Below the pieces are notes generated by a model that was given only the letters and a program-made list of their open reading frames with translations, made no database searches and had not been told where the DNA came from. A program made the position numbers and the translations under genes. 64,000 bases of DNA from Ostrea edulis (taxonomy: Eukaryota), in assembly GCF_947568905.1 (NCBI RefSeq), contig NC_079168.1, positions 14,322,001 to 14,386,000 of the forward strand, written 5' to 3'. Numbering within the stretch: the stretch's first letter is position 1; the number at the start of each line of letters is the position of its first letter. This document shows positions 36,201 through 51,200 of the stretch, in pieces.

Positions 36201-39200
36201 CAAAGATGCTTCATACCAAATATGAAAAAAATTGGAATGATAGTTATCAAGAATAAGTTAAAAATGTCTATTTTTCACACATTTAATAACTGACCATTTT
36301 GGCCCCACCCTGATACCAAAACCCCTACTCCTGAGATCATCAAATTTACAATTTTGGTAAAGGACTACCTGTTCTTTCTAAATATATATTTAGTTTTACT
36401 CAGGTGACCTAAAAATGCCTACATACTACAATTAAAATTATAATACTTGTTTTATTGGAAAAACGGTCTCTAAATTAATTTGATAGATGTATACCTGTAG
36501 ACTTTTGAAGCCTGTCTGTGGCAGTCTTGACAATACTGGCTGTCTCCTGGATGTTAGGAATCAACATGGCTAACCCCTCATTCTCCTCCTCCTCTGCTAT
36601 ATTGCCATTCCCATTTTTGGATTTGTTGGATCTACAAAACACCCTAAGGGTTTACACACGCTTCATATATTTCATTCTTATATACAAGTAAAACATACAA
36701 GTTTCTACAAGTACATGTACTTTATATATCATCAAATGGAACATGATGTACTTACTTTAACCTGCTGGCATAAGTATCCACACACACTCTCATCTTGTCT
36801 AGCAGTACCCCAACTGAAGTGGCAGTATCTGGCACATTGTTTTTCTCCAAAGGCAGGAGGAGGGGAACTAAGGTGGGGGTGACAGCTATGCCCCTCAATA
36901 GCTCCAGTAATGCCCTATACAGAGGAATGTGACGAGCCATGTCTAACACCGAGTCATTTCTGAGATAGGAAGATATGGCTGGCACTATACACGACTGGCT
37001 TAACAGTTCATATATCACATCTGGCAGTAGAGACTTCTCTGCTGGGCAGGTATACAATTCCGATTCAAAATCTTTGGGAATATCACCTCCTGGGTTTACA
37101 TAGCTGGCAAGTACCTGCAATTATCAATTTGAAAATAAACTCTAAAGCTGATTACTCCTGAACTGTTCCAAAATTTTGTACAAGTTATTTATTATATTGA
37201 GTCCTGATGAAGGGAGAAGCATTCATCTTTTCGTGCGGACTTTACCTGCAGTAAACATGCCACATGTTCCTCCTCACTCTTCTGTCGCATTAAGGCCTGC
37301 TCTGCATCCCAACTGGAGGTGGTAGAGCCGGTCCCGAATCCCGTTCCCTTGGCCCAGTACTGCTGGGATTTCTCCTCCGTCTGACTTGGTACAGGGACAC
37401 TGACTGGGGTGCTGGCTGACTGCATGGCAGACAGGATCATCTGAGCCTGCAAATAACATCAAATTTACCTAGTAATAACGACGGCTTCCTATCATATTTC
37501 TTGATTACATAAAAAATTGATTATATTTATTGACTTCAGCATATTGACGTCACGATATCTATAAATCAAGAACAATTACTAAATTCAAATAAATTAAATT
37601 ACTATGTTTATCCAGATAAGTGGACTGACAATCATTTAATTCAAAAATTGATCAATCTTATCACATCAATTATCAGGCTATTACACTATTACTGCAAAAT
37701 AAAGATTGTGGCCATTGTATGGCATATGAATGAACCCTGAAGTTATAAATAAGTTCTTGAGACTACACTATGAATAAACTTTCAATACTTTGCATGAAAT
37801 ACACTTAAGTAACTTTTTCTCACTAATTTACATATTAATGCATAATACAGTGTAAATGTAGGCTTGATAAATTTGGTTTCTAGAATTTGACCCCTTATGA
37901 CTGACCTCTTGTTGGAACCCTTGGACTGGCACCCTGGGGGCATGATGACTGAGAACAGACAGGCAGGCCAGGATTAGGTGTATGGCCCAGATATCCAGGG
38001 ACATCCTTCTCAGTAGCACACCATCGTCAGTGGTGAGGGGTGAACTGTCGTACAGAGACTTCAGGACCAGGAACGGCAGCGTGGGCAGAGAGCAGGCAAT
38101 GGAGGAGGTCAGAATGTGACCTACAAAAGATAATGATCCGCATCAAAACCTTAATTTCATTCTACTTGTTTTAAAGTCCTCAACAAATGGGGGAAAGCAA
38201 ATTAGAATAAAGAAAGACAACTCTTTAATGTCATCATCCAATTGTGACAAAGAGTTGAAAGTTAATTTAGAAAGCATTATTGAGATTTACCTCCATCTCC
38301 ATCATCTGTGACTCCCAACACTAATCTCAAAAGACACTGAGCTTTTTTCCTCTCCTTCAGCAATACCTCAGCATACCCAGGAAGTCTCAGAAATAGACCA
38401 AAGGCAACCAATGAATGAGGAGGAATGGTTGGCATGGAAACTGGGGGACTGCTTGTTTTGGAAATCAGTGGTTGAGACATTTCATAATGCTGGGAAAAAA
38501 AAAAATCACACTTCAATGCATTGTTTCATACACTGAATAAATACTCTACATATAAAACTAGATGAACACAGTAATATGATGGTTCACTAGCATGCTGCAA
38601 TATTTTTTCTCATAGAATATATCTTCTTCAGCTCAGACTTTCTACAAATCAACAACCTACCTCATAAAAGTCCTCTGGGAAGGGTTCGACCATGGACCAC
38701 TCCTCAGCGAGAGACATGTTCTTAATCATGTAGTCCAGACCGGACTCCTGCAGTATGGACTGTCTGGAGACCTCTGGATACAGGAGGGGTAGATGCTCTG
38801 CTAACAGAGCCAGACCCCCTACACTGGCAAACACCTGTAGAGAGGTCGGGAAGGGGGACACAGTGGTGAGGGCCTGGTCCTCATCCAGATCACCCCATCC
38901 ATCTCTCTCACCTGTAAACCACACACAAAATATGAAAATACATTAACATTGTAGATATACCGAATACAATACAACTATAGATGTGCACAGTAAGTTAGGA
39001 ATCACAACAACTACATGTACATGATGAAGACTAATCAGTATATCTGAATGATCATTGTACCATACTAACTCCTAATGTTGAACAAGCATTCTGTAAGTAT
39101 CACATAGCAATTCATGTCCCCTACCAGCCCTAAGTTAAGTCATCTGTGTAATATTCTGTGTGAATAATCAAATGTCAACAGTTTATGCACAAGAATAATC

Positions 39201-42200
39201 AGGACCCATAAAATAAAAGCCATATACGAGATTCAAATTCCATATTTTTTTATGTCCATGGGCCACAACTCAGCAAAGAATCAATGAACCCGAACAAAAT
39301 TCTAACTCGATCTGTAACTTGTCATGGTAAAGCAATGTACCAAATATCAAATAAATATCTGCAAGCATGACGAAACTAATTTGCCCAGCAGGCAGACGGA
39401 CGGACAGAGTGCAAACCTTAAGCCCCCTCTGGTTTTGCCAGCAGGGGACTAATTACCTTCTTGTTATTTAAATTACAAACAAATCAATTACTTTTCTACA
39501 TTGATATAATTCTGTTATTTTGCTCTTGCTACTGACAGAATGCAATCCTGTCACCGACAGACACTTACTCTGGTCGGCCTGGTGGCCGTCCTTTTTGTCC
39601 GTTTCCTGTTTGATGGAGAACTCTAGTATGTTAAGCCCATGCTGCAGTCCTCGTTGATGGAGAATCTGTAACAGCTGGGACAAGGTCAAATCCCCAGGCA
39701 AGGATGTGTCTGTAAAAGAACCATCACATCATCATGTAATTGGGACTTTTTCCTCAGATGAAAATGTCACAACAATATACTGTATATGTAAATGTATTTT
39801 ACACCACTAGCCACGACAATCTTACGAGTAAGTCATGAATCACCAACATAAAATTACCTACAGACTGACCTGATATTTACAGTAAACTGATTATTCAAAC
39901 ACAAGTGTGGAAAATATCTGATCATTTACACATAAATGTGGTAAATATCTGTCCGAGAATTTACACATAAGCGTGGGAAATATCTGATCATTTACACATA
40001 AGCGTGGGAAATATCTGATCATTTACACATAAGCGTGGGAAATATCTGATCATTTACACGTAAGTGTGGGAAATATCTGATCATTTACACGTAAGTGTGG
40101 GAAATATCTGATCATTTACATGTAAGTGTGGGAAATATCTGATCATTTTGCACATTAGTGTGGAAAATATTTGATCATTTACACATAAGTGTGAAAAATA
40201 TCTGAGAATCTCTAGCATGAATGTTTTTCTTGATTTTGGTCACTCGTATGCATTGTACATGCAATTGAAATGTACCTGTAGAATCAATCAAAAATTTACT
40301 AGTTGTGAAGGACTTTTCTGACATTGGTTAACTTGCATATGATATTCACAAATAACATTCAGTTTACAGTAAAGTATGAACTGACTGGTTGGCTATGAAA
40401 AATATTCACAAGTGAGAGACAAGCAAGAAATTTTAGGATATTTCTTGCTGTTAGGAGTCAGTTTACTGTATCAAATGCTTATAAATCTGTAGTATATCAT
40501 GCAAACAAGATTCCTGAAGAGTGATGGACTGCACTGATAGTCCAGTGTAAACACATCTTACTAGGCATGGTCCTGTGACATATACTGAAAGCAGGAAGTT
40601 GTATCTGTGCACTGGCACTGGTCATGTGTTGTCTTCCCCGTCGAGTTGGGGGCCTGGGGGGCAGAGATGATTTCCCTGAGGCACCTGACTTGTCTTCCTT
40701 CTCTCTTTTCTCTTTAGCTGCCATACTTGCTGCTACTATAATATAACACAGATCAATCTAATCTAATCTATTAATATAAGCTTTAGGTGTGTGACTTTGA
40801 TTTCAGTAATAAAGGGTTCTGAAACTTATTTCAAGGTGTTACATTTCACTTTAAACAGTAAATGTTTTAAATACTTAAGCGTTCTATCTACAGCACATAC
40901 CAACAGAACTGGAGAGATAGTCCGCCATCTCAGAGTAATTGCTCAGATTATCTTTCTTTGTCTCATCGCTCTTCTCTGAGGCTTTCTCCAGGAACTGGCC
41001 TGGTAGAAGAGGAAGGTCTGAAATGGTTAAGACAATGACATGTGAATGATCAATGATATCGGTATCTCTGTACACTGAGAAATAAATACACAAAATGAGG
41101 GGGAAATAGTGCTGGACAATAACCTACCTGTAACTTTACTTGTAATCTCAGTAATTGTTGTGTGAAGACTGACCAGCATCACCTGAGTGTCCCGTCCGCC
41201 GGTGTAGCGGGGGTGAAACACACCATTGTTCACTTTGGTCTGCATCATGACTTTCCCATTCTGCTGTGAGGATTTCAGGACAACAAGAACTTTCTCATCC
41301 TCCAACAAGGCTTGGAGGAACAAACATCTGGTGAACCCAGACAATGGGAAATTCCCCAACAGCTGACCTGCTACCATAAGCAAAACCAATATACAGTATT
41401 GACAAACACTTCTCTTCCTTAAGTAGAAATCAATCTACTGTTCTAGTTGTATATTGTCAGATAATACACCGATTCATCTCCAAGGTTTTGTGTTCGATAC
41501 AGACTTCAGATCAAACATCAATTTACCTGATTTTGAGGAAGAGCTCTGCTCCTTGATGACCTCACTCAAGACTTTGGCAAACAAGAGCTGGTTGATAATG
41601 TGACAGGACATGACTTGTGTGAAGAAACAAACAGCTGCAGACTCAATACTTCCACGGTTCTCTATGGTCATCGTCTATGAAGAAACACAGAGTAATGTTA
41701 TTTTCATCATTTGTTTATAGTATAATCTTGTGGAATTGAAATTGCATTGGCTTCACAAATATTTTGATGCTTCCTTAGGATAGGGGGAGGGGTTACAGTG
41801 TTAAAGTTTTTTTGTTCTTAATTTTTATCATTTCAGTTTTAAAACTGCATTTTACTAGCCCCTTTCTGGGGACACAGGCTGCTGCAGTTACAGGCATTAT
41901 ACTGACCCTACCAAAGCCAGTGAAAAGTGTCTAGGGACACTGGCCAGAGCAATGACATTATACTGACCCCTTCCTTGGGGACACTGGTCAATGCAGCGGC
42001 ATTATATTGACCCCTTGCCTAGGGACATTGGTCAGTGCAGTGGCATTATATTGACCCCTTCCCTAGAGACACTGGCCAGAGCAGTGGCATTATATTGACC
42101 CCTTGCCTAGGGACACTGACCAGTGCAGTGACATTATACTGACCCCTTCCCTAGGGACATTGACATTATACTGACCCCTTCCTTTGGAACACTGGCTGGT

Positions 42201-45200
42201 GCAGTGGCAGACTGCATAGGTGTATTGCACAGCATAGTCAGTAGGGAAGGCCAAAAAATGTTTCCCTCGTGTCCTCCCAACCAGTCCTTCATCAGCGGTT
42301 CTGTTGAAACTTTAGCCAGGAAATAGAGCACTGAGGGCACCATATCTGCCGTGATCCACAAAGCTTTATCTGAAAGACAGGCCAATCTGCATATTTTTCC
42401 ATCAAATTTTTAAACATTTGAATTACTGATATAAATTTGAGTTTATTTAACTACATGTATGTTTATATGACATTGTTAGCAATTCATTATTATCTGTTAC
42501 TACATGTATGTAGAACATACTTGTCACGTTAGTAACAACCTAGACCACATCCTGTGTCTGTGAATTACCTGATGGAGTCCTGGACATGGAGCCCAGCACT
42601 GACCCTGAAGCACCGCCTTCATCACACCTGGACTTGTGAGCATCTGTCATTCCCTCTGGAGGTGTGTAGTTCTCCGTGAACTGGAAAATCACCTTATTAC
42701 AGAATTCAAATAAACCCTGAGCCAGTACGGCAGGGAATCCCGAGTCCAGTAACTGCTTAATGGCAACCGCAGACTGACAAGTTAGGGCCAGGGTAGACAG
42801 ACAGGACTCCTCCAGGGTGATGTGGTGGAAATCCTGAATAAACCCGGGCTGGGCTTCTGAGCCTGGACCTTCCTGGGCACTGCTGGCTTCCTTGGAGTCG
42901 TCCGTCATGGACCTGTGATGGCGATTGTCTTTGGAGTCATCTGTCATGGAACCTTGATGGAGGTGGGAGTTGTCTTTGCGATCGTCACTGATGGAGGCAG
43001 ACAGACTGTTCTCGCCTGTTACGGTGATGCCCATCCACAGCAAGATCTGAGAGAAGTACTCTGGGTTGATGTGACAGATTGCACACAGTACATAATCTAC
43101 TGACTGCTTCAAGTTACTATCTGTCTTCAGGGTTGTAGACCATTCATATAGGAAACTATAAATAAAATGCTTAGATGGCATCAATTCTTCATCACATACA
43201 ATTAGTACTTCAAATTCTATTTGCAAGGCCTAAAAAAAATAATAAGAAGAAATAAAATTCTCAAGCACCTATCAATTCATGTACTTGATTTCTCGTTTGC
43301 TAATACACCATACATTATATTCAATGCTCCGTATTATAAACAGGTACTCCCACTAATATCTATTATTTGATGAATAAATTTTACTGGAACTTAGAAACAC
43401 GAGCAATATTTGGCAACACCTATTGTGTTCCATACTAAAATCAGCATTCATCAAGAAATCCCCATTCCCTGCTAAATTTGGATAAAAAAGTTTTAATAAT
43501 ACAAAAATTATTGCACATGTACCTGACAAGCTCTCTGGTTATAAGACTGCCGAGATCATATTCTACAGGTAAATCGTTGCTCTGCCATAAGATAGCTGAG
43601 ACACACTGTATATGTGAAGGGGCAGGGCTAGGAAGAGAAGACAACTCCTGCTGAACCCTTCTGTACCCGTCAGTGGTAATGGAGGACCTCTGGAGAGCAA
43701 GACGTGCGCTGTCCTTCAGCCAGTTTAACAAAGCCTGCACTCTGTCAAATACATGCATTTTCACTTCAATGAAACAGTCCACAAAAATTAAAATCACAAA
43801 ATGTATACACTGTACATGTGCATAGAATGGTACCACAGAAACTGGAAATGCAAGAATATGATTTGCTACCTTTTAGGAATCATATCACAAACATTTCCCA
43901 CTAAAAAAATACCTGTTATACCATATTTAAGCATATTCTTGTGAAACTATGGAGAACTTTTAGTAACACACACCTTAATCGAGTTCCTGGGTCCTGAACC
44001 ATTCCCAACTGGTACATCAATTCCACGGTGGACTCATTGGCCTGTCCACTTACTTTACCAAGGTATGGCATGCTAGCACCTTATAAAACAAACCATATTT
44101 TTTAATTATTCCCTCTTTCAAACATAACTTAATACTAAGTTAAAATATTAAAGCTGGCATTAGTCATCCTTACCCAAGCTTGCCCTGTTACTAGGAGTTC
44201 TAAGTATGTTGTCTACCAGCGCCAGTCCCATGTCTACTGAGTGAAGCCCCAAACGTAGTAAGACCTCCTCAATGTTGGGTACATACACACTGGAGATGGG
44301 GGACACCAGCAGGGCAGAGCAGGTGTTCATCAGGTTCGGGATCTGGGAGGCACCGCTAGCCACTTGTTCCTCTACTTCCTTGTAGGCTGTCAGACAGTGA
44401 TGTAACAAACGAATCCATCGAACACTGAAATCATTGAAGCCACTCAACATGTGAATTTATTCCATTTTCTGACAATTTGGAAGTACGAGTCAGGTAGAAA
44501 AACAGAACCCCAACCCATCTAATAACACTTGTCAGTTTGAATTGGACCAAATTCTAAATCAGCAATAAGGTATATACACTATTATATACAGTATCTACAC
44601 AAGATCCACCAATATACTATACATCTGTATATGTTCCATGTTGTAATGGATTTTAAGATGTAAAATTATCAATCTTTTCAAACTATACATACCTGGATCT
44701 TGCGACATAATCTTCATTTGGCAGGAACATATTCTGAGGAGCTGAGCAAGAGTCTCCAAATGCACTGTACCCCATTAACATGATCTGTGACAGACCAATA
44801 GTCATGGAGTCTCTGGCCTTGTGGAGCCTTATGGTCACCATGGTGGCTATCTGTGGCCGTTGAAACTGCAGCTTGATAAAGGCCAAGCTGCTGGTCAGCA
44901 AGGGGTGGCAAAGCGGGGTGGACGTTACACCATCATGGCTCAATTCCAACGACACGCTGGAGGGACATGCTACAACGAAAGGTTAAAATGCTCTTTTACA
45001 CGTATATTGAAATCTTGGACAATTTTGAAAACAAATGGTTATTTGGACTTTTCCCACTACCATAGTAGCTCTTCAATATAGCATTCTCCTCATCACTGCT
45101 TTAAAAGTACATGTATATTGGAATTTACCTTGTTCCACCTAATTTTTTCCCCCTTACATCTAATTGCATGAGAATTCATTAATATAGTTCCCTTACTTGT

Positions 45201-48200
45201 AAGTGACGTGCTGTGGGGCTGTATCTGAACTTCCTTCAGTAACACAGCAAAAGGAAGGTGAATAGTTAAATCCACCCATGCCTCGTCAGGATAGAAGTGG
45301 TAGGACCAGGCCGCTGACCGAGCTCTTCTGTGTGGAGGCGAGGACTGTATCAGTACTTCAGCAGGACTAGCAGTAGGACTACTGGAGCTGATGGATCCTA
45401 CAAATATCCAGAAAACATACCTGTACCTTCTTTTGCATGGCTAGATTGTGCAGTAGTTTTTAACTTTGAAATACTTGAAAATTTATAAGTCTAGATCATA
45501 GACTTTCGGCACCATTGAGGATTTCATTCCAAAATGCCTCTGTTCTATGAATCATCCTACATGGAATATTTTCAACGTAAAATAAAAGATCATCAAATAA
45601 TGGTAAGTTAAAGCTAGAAAAGGAGTTAAAGGGACTGACTCACGATTTTATCCAAAATTTTGTTCAAAATCTACTGTCTAATGTGTTTGAAAGATTTCAC
45701 ATGAAAATTAAGGTGATACATCATCACAGAATCTCATTTTAGAGAGTTTATTATTTGTTTTGTAAACAAAGATTGCGGTATGCTATTGTTTACGAAACTT
45801 TCAAAAGAAATGGATATCGATCTAAGTATTATCATATCTTTCACATTTCAAGCATTTTTGGGGTGACATGTGTCATCTATAAGTTAAAATTTGTTACAGT
45901 GTACTATGCAAAATTAAGATGCATTATATTGCAAAATCAATATTTTACTTGTTTGTTTGTTTACATAAAAAGACTCGAGTCTTTGTTTACATAACACATA
46001 TTTAAGGCTACAATATAATTTTTATTCTTGCATTCATAAGGTCAAAATTTTGGCTGTCAACATTAAATGAGCTATATTTCTAATGTTTAACATTAAAAAT
46101 GAAAAATATTTTTATCAAAAATCGTGAACCAGTCCCTTTAAACACCAAATCAAAACATGTTAAATCAAGGTCAAAAAATTTTGGTTCGATTGAATTACAT
46201 GTACTTTCTCCAGTACAAATTTGTATACAAGGTTTGGTAAAGATACAATGTATCATTAACAGTTTCTTTGGAAATGAGTCTAGTGTGAACAAATGGTTAG
46301 ACACAATGGAAGACAGACAGGAGAACTGCCTCATGGCACTGACCATGTACATAATGGGGTATAATCTGCAACCAATTACCTAATGGAGCAAAGTTTTGTA
46401 GACCATCGGGGGACTCAAAATCACTGTTCTTCTTTTCTATCCGAGATCGGCCATTGAGGTTCTGCATGATAGTGGAGATCAGACTAGGATTGGTGCTTAT
46501 TATGCGACAGTTACAGTTGACTAGATTCTGACAGATTACTGATATTCCACCTGCAGGGATACAAAACACAAACATCAAATACTGTTTTTGTTTCACAAGA
46601 ATGAATCAATTATACAATGTACCTGAAATGTACATCTAAAATTATTTTATAATACTAGTGCATCATATGGCTATATGAACATGTTCATATGAGTAAAGTT
46701 GTTTATATGTACATACAAAATTGTTCATATGTACATATAGATACTACAATGTATACATTAAGAACATGTACATTCAGCTCTTCAATATCTCTCTCTATAT
46801 AAAGTTCTTAAGTTCCTTATATTTCAAATGGAACACAATATAAATTTTATCAAATTATAATTCGATTATTATCAGTATGGAACTTGCCCATTTCAAGGAA
46901 ACCACTGATGGCTCTAGCACTATCTAGCACTTTGAGTATAAACCAGAGGAGAGGTTCTGAGAGTTTGTTCAGGGACTGTTGTGTTCTGATGCTGTAGGAA
47001 CCGGACAGGTACTTGTACAGAGACTCTATAACACACCGACTCTCTGAGCACAGTCTGGCCAGGGTCACCAGTATCTGGTAGATTCCATCCCCCACCGATA
47101 TTGGTTCACCGCCAGTAAATGTCTCCTGCATGTTGCTAGAGATACCCCTGCTTCCTAAGATCATGGCCATTGTATTACTGTTGCAGTAACTTAGAGCCTG
47201 TATCAGATTGCACATAATTTGATGGTGGCCTAGAATTAAATCCGTGATGTAAGAACTCTGGTCAGCCTGTAGAGTCTTTTGTTCATCAGTCTGCTGGCTC
47301 TTTTCCTCATCGGACAATCTTTCCCCTGAAGTTGGGGTGGAAGAAGCCAGAGCCTGTCGTAATTTGGCCGAATCAGGAACCGGCTCCGACATGCTGAGGT
47401 TTGTTGATGTCCTAGCCTCCACTGTTGCTGATGTATCCAAGGCAACAGAGGTCAAACGACCATTCCTTGGAGAGTTACACTGAATTTGTATCAAATTGTT
47501 CACAAGTTTAAGAAGACTACACATTAAAAGGTCTCTGCTGGCATCTGAGGCTTTGGAGTCCCCACCGCGGAGGAAACTGGCAAACAGTCCACCAAAACAC
47601 GACCTGGCATTGACAGAGTTCTCCGAGGTGCTTCTACAGGAGACCCTCTCCTGACACAGAATGTGTTGGTGCACCAGGCTGCTGATGGACTCAATGACGC
47701 TTATGGCATTGTTCAGATCCACACTGTCATAGGTTTGGTCCAGAATGAAGTCCATGAACTTGCATTGAGCATCCAGTGGACCTAAGCCACAGTGGAAAGC
47801 TCCCCTGTAAAATGTAAAGTTGTATCAATATGCTCTGATAGTAAAAACAAAACAGCTGAAGATGACAGCACTAGTCAAAGGAGAATTGAAAAAAAATTAC
47901 CTTTCAGCACTTAATGTGTATACTAATTTCAACAGGAGCTCTTTTAATTTCTGAAGATGATCTTGGGGACATTTTACAAACAGACGCAACAGAAATTCAT
48001 AGAAGGCTTTGGTTGCAGCAGGACCAACCTAAAAGAGCAAAGATAACATCACAAAATAAGATCTAACATTATCACTATCTTGATTACAGTGAATATTGAT
48101 ATACAAACACACTAACTGTTGAGAACTGGACTGACGATGCAGTAGGACCATTTTCTGAGGTCCCTGACAAAAACTTCTTGATGACACTGATCAGGTTTAC

Positions 48201-51200
48201 ATCAGACAACATAGGTATCACCATAGACACCTCTCCCACATCACTGTGACCACAAATTCTCTGATTGGCAACAAGAGTGAGGCTCTGGAATGCTAACACC
48301 CAAGTACTGATAGGAAGACTGGGGATAGCTGTGAGGACCCCCAGAAGCGTGGATACTGAGGAGGAGCTGAAGAGAATCAGAGGTGTTCGGGAGGAGTCAA
48401 ACATAGGGCCTCCCGAGGCGTCCATGCTGCCATCGCTGTTCAGCGTTAACCAGAGCTGTAGAAGGGAGTCCAAGTTAGAGCACTGGGGAAGGAGGTGACA
48501 CAGCAGGTTGTTATAACAGGAACTCAACATCTCAGCTGATGACACCTGCAAATTATGAAGCATATACAAGAATCATTAATAGGGCTGGGGCAATGAATCA
48601 AAATATTCTAATTAATAATCTAAGGATCAAACCAAAAATTTCTGTACTTTCATCGATGTTATTTGGTCTCCCTATTATAAAAGTAGAAATAAATTGCAAG
48701 ATGCTGTAGTAATTAAAATGGCAGATGTGACAGTCATTGTTGTAAAATTAATTGGTGGTACTAGTGGACAGCAGAATGTTTGGGTAGCTGTCAACTAAAG
48801 GTTGATTTTACACAACTTTAAAAGGCCTCTAGAGTACTTGCTATTCATTTCCCCTTAAATGAATATGCAAAGTTATCTTTTCCTGATTTATTTACTTAGT
48901 ATGTACAAAAAAAAAAACCAACAAAAAAATGTGAAGCATATTGTCCAAATTGTCTGACACACAAAGAAATAAAGCTACACCTACACTAGTCCCTATCAAT
49001 TGACCAAGCTCTTGTTATCAAATATTTCTGAAAGTTATTTTAATCTTTTACTAATCAGAATCATTAAAATTGATTTTCTTCCAGACAGTTACCTCTGATT
49101 GTGAAAATGAAGCACTGGCTTGTGACAATTCATCATCCGTAGGAGGAGGGGCTGATGACAGAGTATGACCCACATATGGAGCTGCTGGCAGAGTGTGACT
49201 AAACGCCTGCTGGACCCCCTCAGTGTGAAGTGATAGCATTACCTGTAATAAGAAATAATAAGAGCCCCTCCATCTAAATACCGCACGACTTACCTTAAAC
49301 CAGGAGTAGCTACTACATCTTTGTGTATTTACTACATGTAAGTTATTTTGTTGATTTGAAATAATAAATCGATGAATAAGACCTGAGTGGATTCATAAAG
49401 GAAAGTATAACATCTCATTTAGAATTTAATATCTACTAAAACATTTCTCAAAGTCAAAATTTCACTGGAAATATTTCAAAACAAAAGTTCTAAATAACCG
49501 CCATTTTTCTAAGTGGTTGGGGCACTTAATAGGATAAATACGATACCTTTAGCCTGAGCTCAGCCTGAGTTTCCAAACCAAACTCCAGCCTAGCGTCCAA
49601 TGCTGTGGACATTCCCTGGGCTCCGGCCACCAAACTGCTCCGATACGATGACCCCGAATTCCAACTTTCTCTGTCACGTTCTGTTATCTTGTCCACTATT
49701 TTCTTGATAAAGACATCCTTTTTCTTATCCTCTATTTCCACAGGTCTGTAAAGAAAACAAGCAGAATTTTCAATCACCACTGCTTTAACCTCTATTTCCA
49801 CAGGTCTGAGAAGAAAACAAGCAGAATTTTCAATCTCCACCGATTTTTGCTTTTAATACAAAACACTGCAATCTCATATTTCTATATGCAATGATGAACT
49901 ATTGAAATTAAGTTTAATACATGAACATGTACTTGTAACTTCAAAAATGCAAGATGAAATACAAAACACAAGATGGTCTATTAGTTAATAAACATGTAAC
50001 TTCTGTAATGATTTATTGAAAGAGTTTAATACTGACTGTATGCCTTACCTTGTTAAAATAACACGATGCATACATTTTATATTTTAGAAGTTAAAATCAT
50101 ACATTTTATATTTTAGTATTTAGAATCATATTTTATATTTTAGTATTTAGAATCATACATCTTATATTTTAGTAGTTAGAATCATACATTTTATATTTTA
50201 GTAGTTTGAATCATACAGGTGTACAGGTAGGAACACAACAGTGAGGTTAAAGTACACAAATGTAAACAAAAACTACAAAAAGACAATAGAGCAGTTTGTT
50301 TAGAAAGAAGTTCCATAATTTCATTGAACCAATCATGATACTCCATGACTTCAGCCTTCAATATAGTCATACATGTATATGGCAAATTGGGGGCAAAAAA
50401 GCATGCAAAGCCATATATCTACGAAACTGATGTCAAAGAATTAAATACATCAAAAGCAAAGATCTGTGTCATGCTTTCCTGCTCTTACAAGTATTTTCAA
50501 TACGATTATTTGTAGTCAAATATCTTTTTGAAAACAAATGTTACAGCATTAAGGGATGGCATAATAAATTTTGTCAGCCAAAACATATCTACCCCATACC
50601 TCCAAAAGAAAAGGTACTTCTACTCAAAGTGGTTTTAATTTTCAAAATGACTGAAAACATGACACAGTTTGACTGAGATACACACATTGAATTGGCCATG
50701 TCCAGTGTTCCATTCAAATTGGAGGTAGGCAGACCAGATTCAAATAGGATTTGTTCAGGTGGGGGTGGAGGTTTGACAGACTCCCCCGTGACGTACGCGT
50801 GAAGCTTGGCAGATGTCTCGTCTTCGTAATCCATGTCATCCAACAGCAGATCCACCATCAGGGACGACTCCTTGTCAAACGTCATTTTGGCCGGCTCCTC
50901 TTTACAGTCAGATAGCTCCATTTCTGTAGAAGATACAGATGGGCTTAGTATCATTTCACTTGTCTTGAAGGCTTCAACACATCTCAACAATGTATAATCC
51001 CCCCCCCCCCTTATTTCTTAAAGTGAACTAGACATGCATAGTACTGAAAAATCTATTCAGTCCACTGGAATACAAAATGTACTGTATTCTACATGTATGC
51101 ATGTGTTGCATAAAACTGCAGGGTGCACAACATACAACTTAAAGTGTACAACATCAGGTACTATTAAAAATCTAATCATTCTTTCAGTAGCAACATTAGA

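Noticed and set aside
50047-50050. AG|GTAAGG recursive-splice-like site; also AAG|GTAAGT at 49293
   Set aside because: The introns are short, the acceptors are weak AAG types, and the flanking exons already join in frame.
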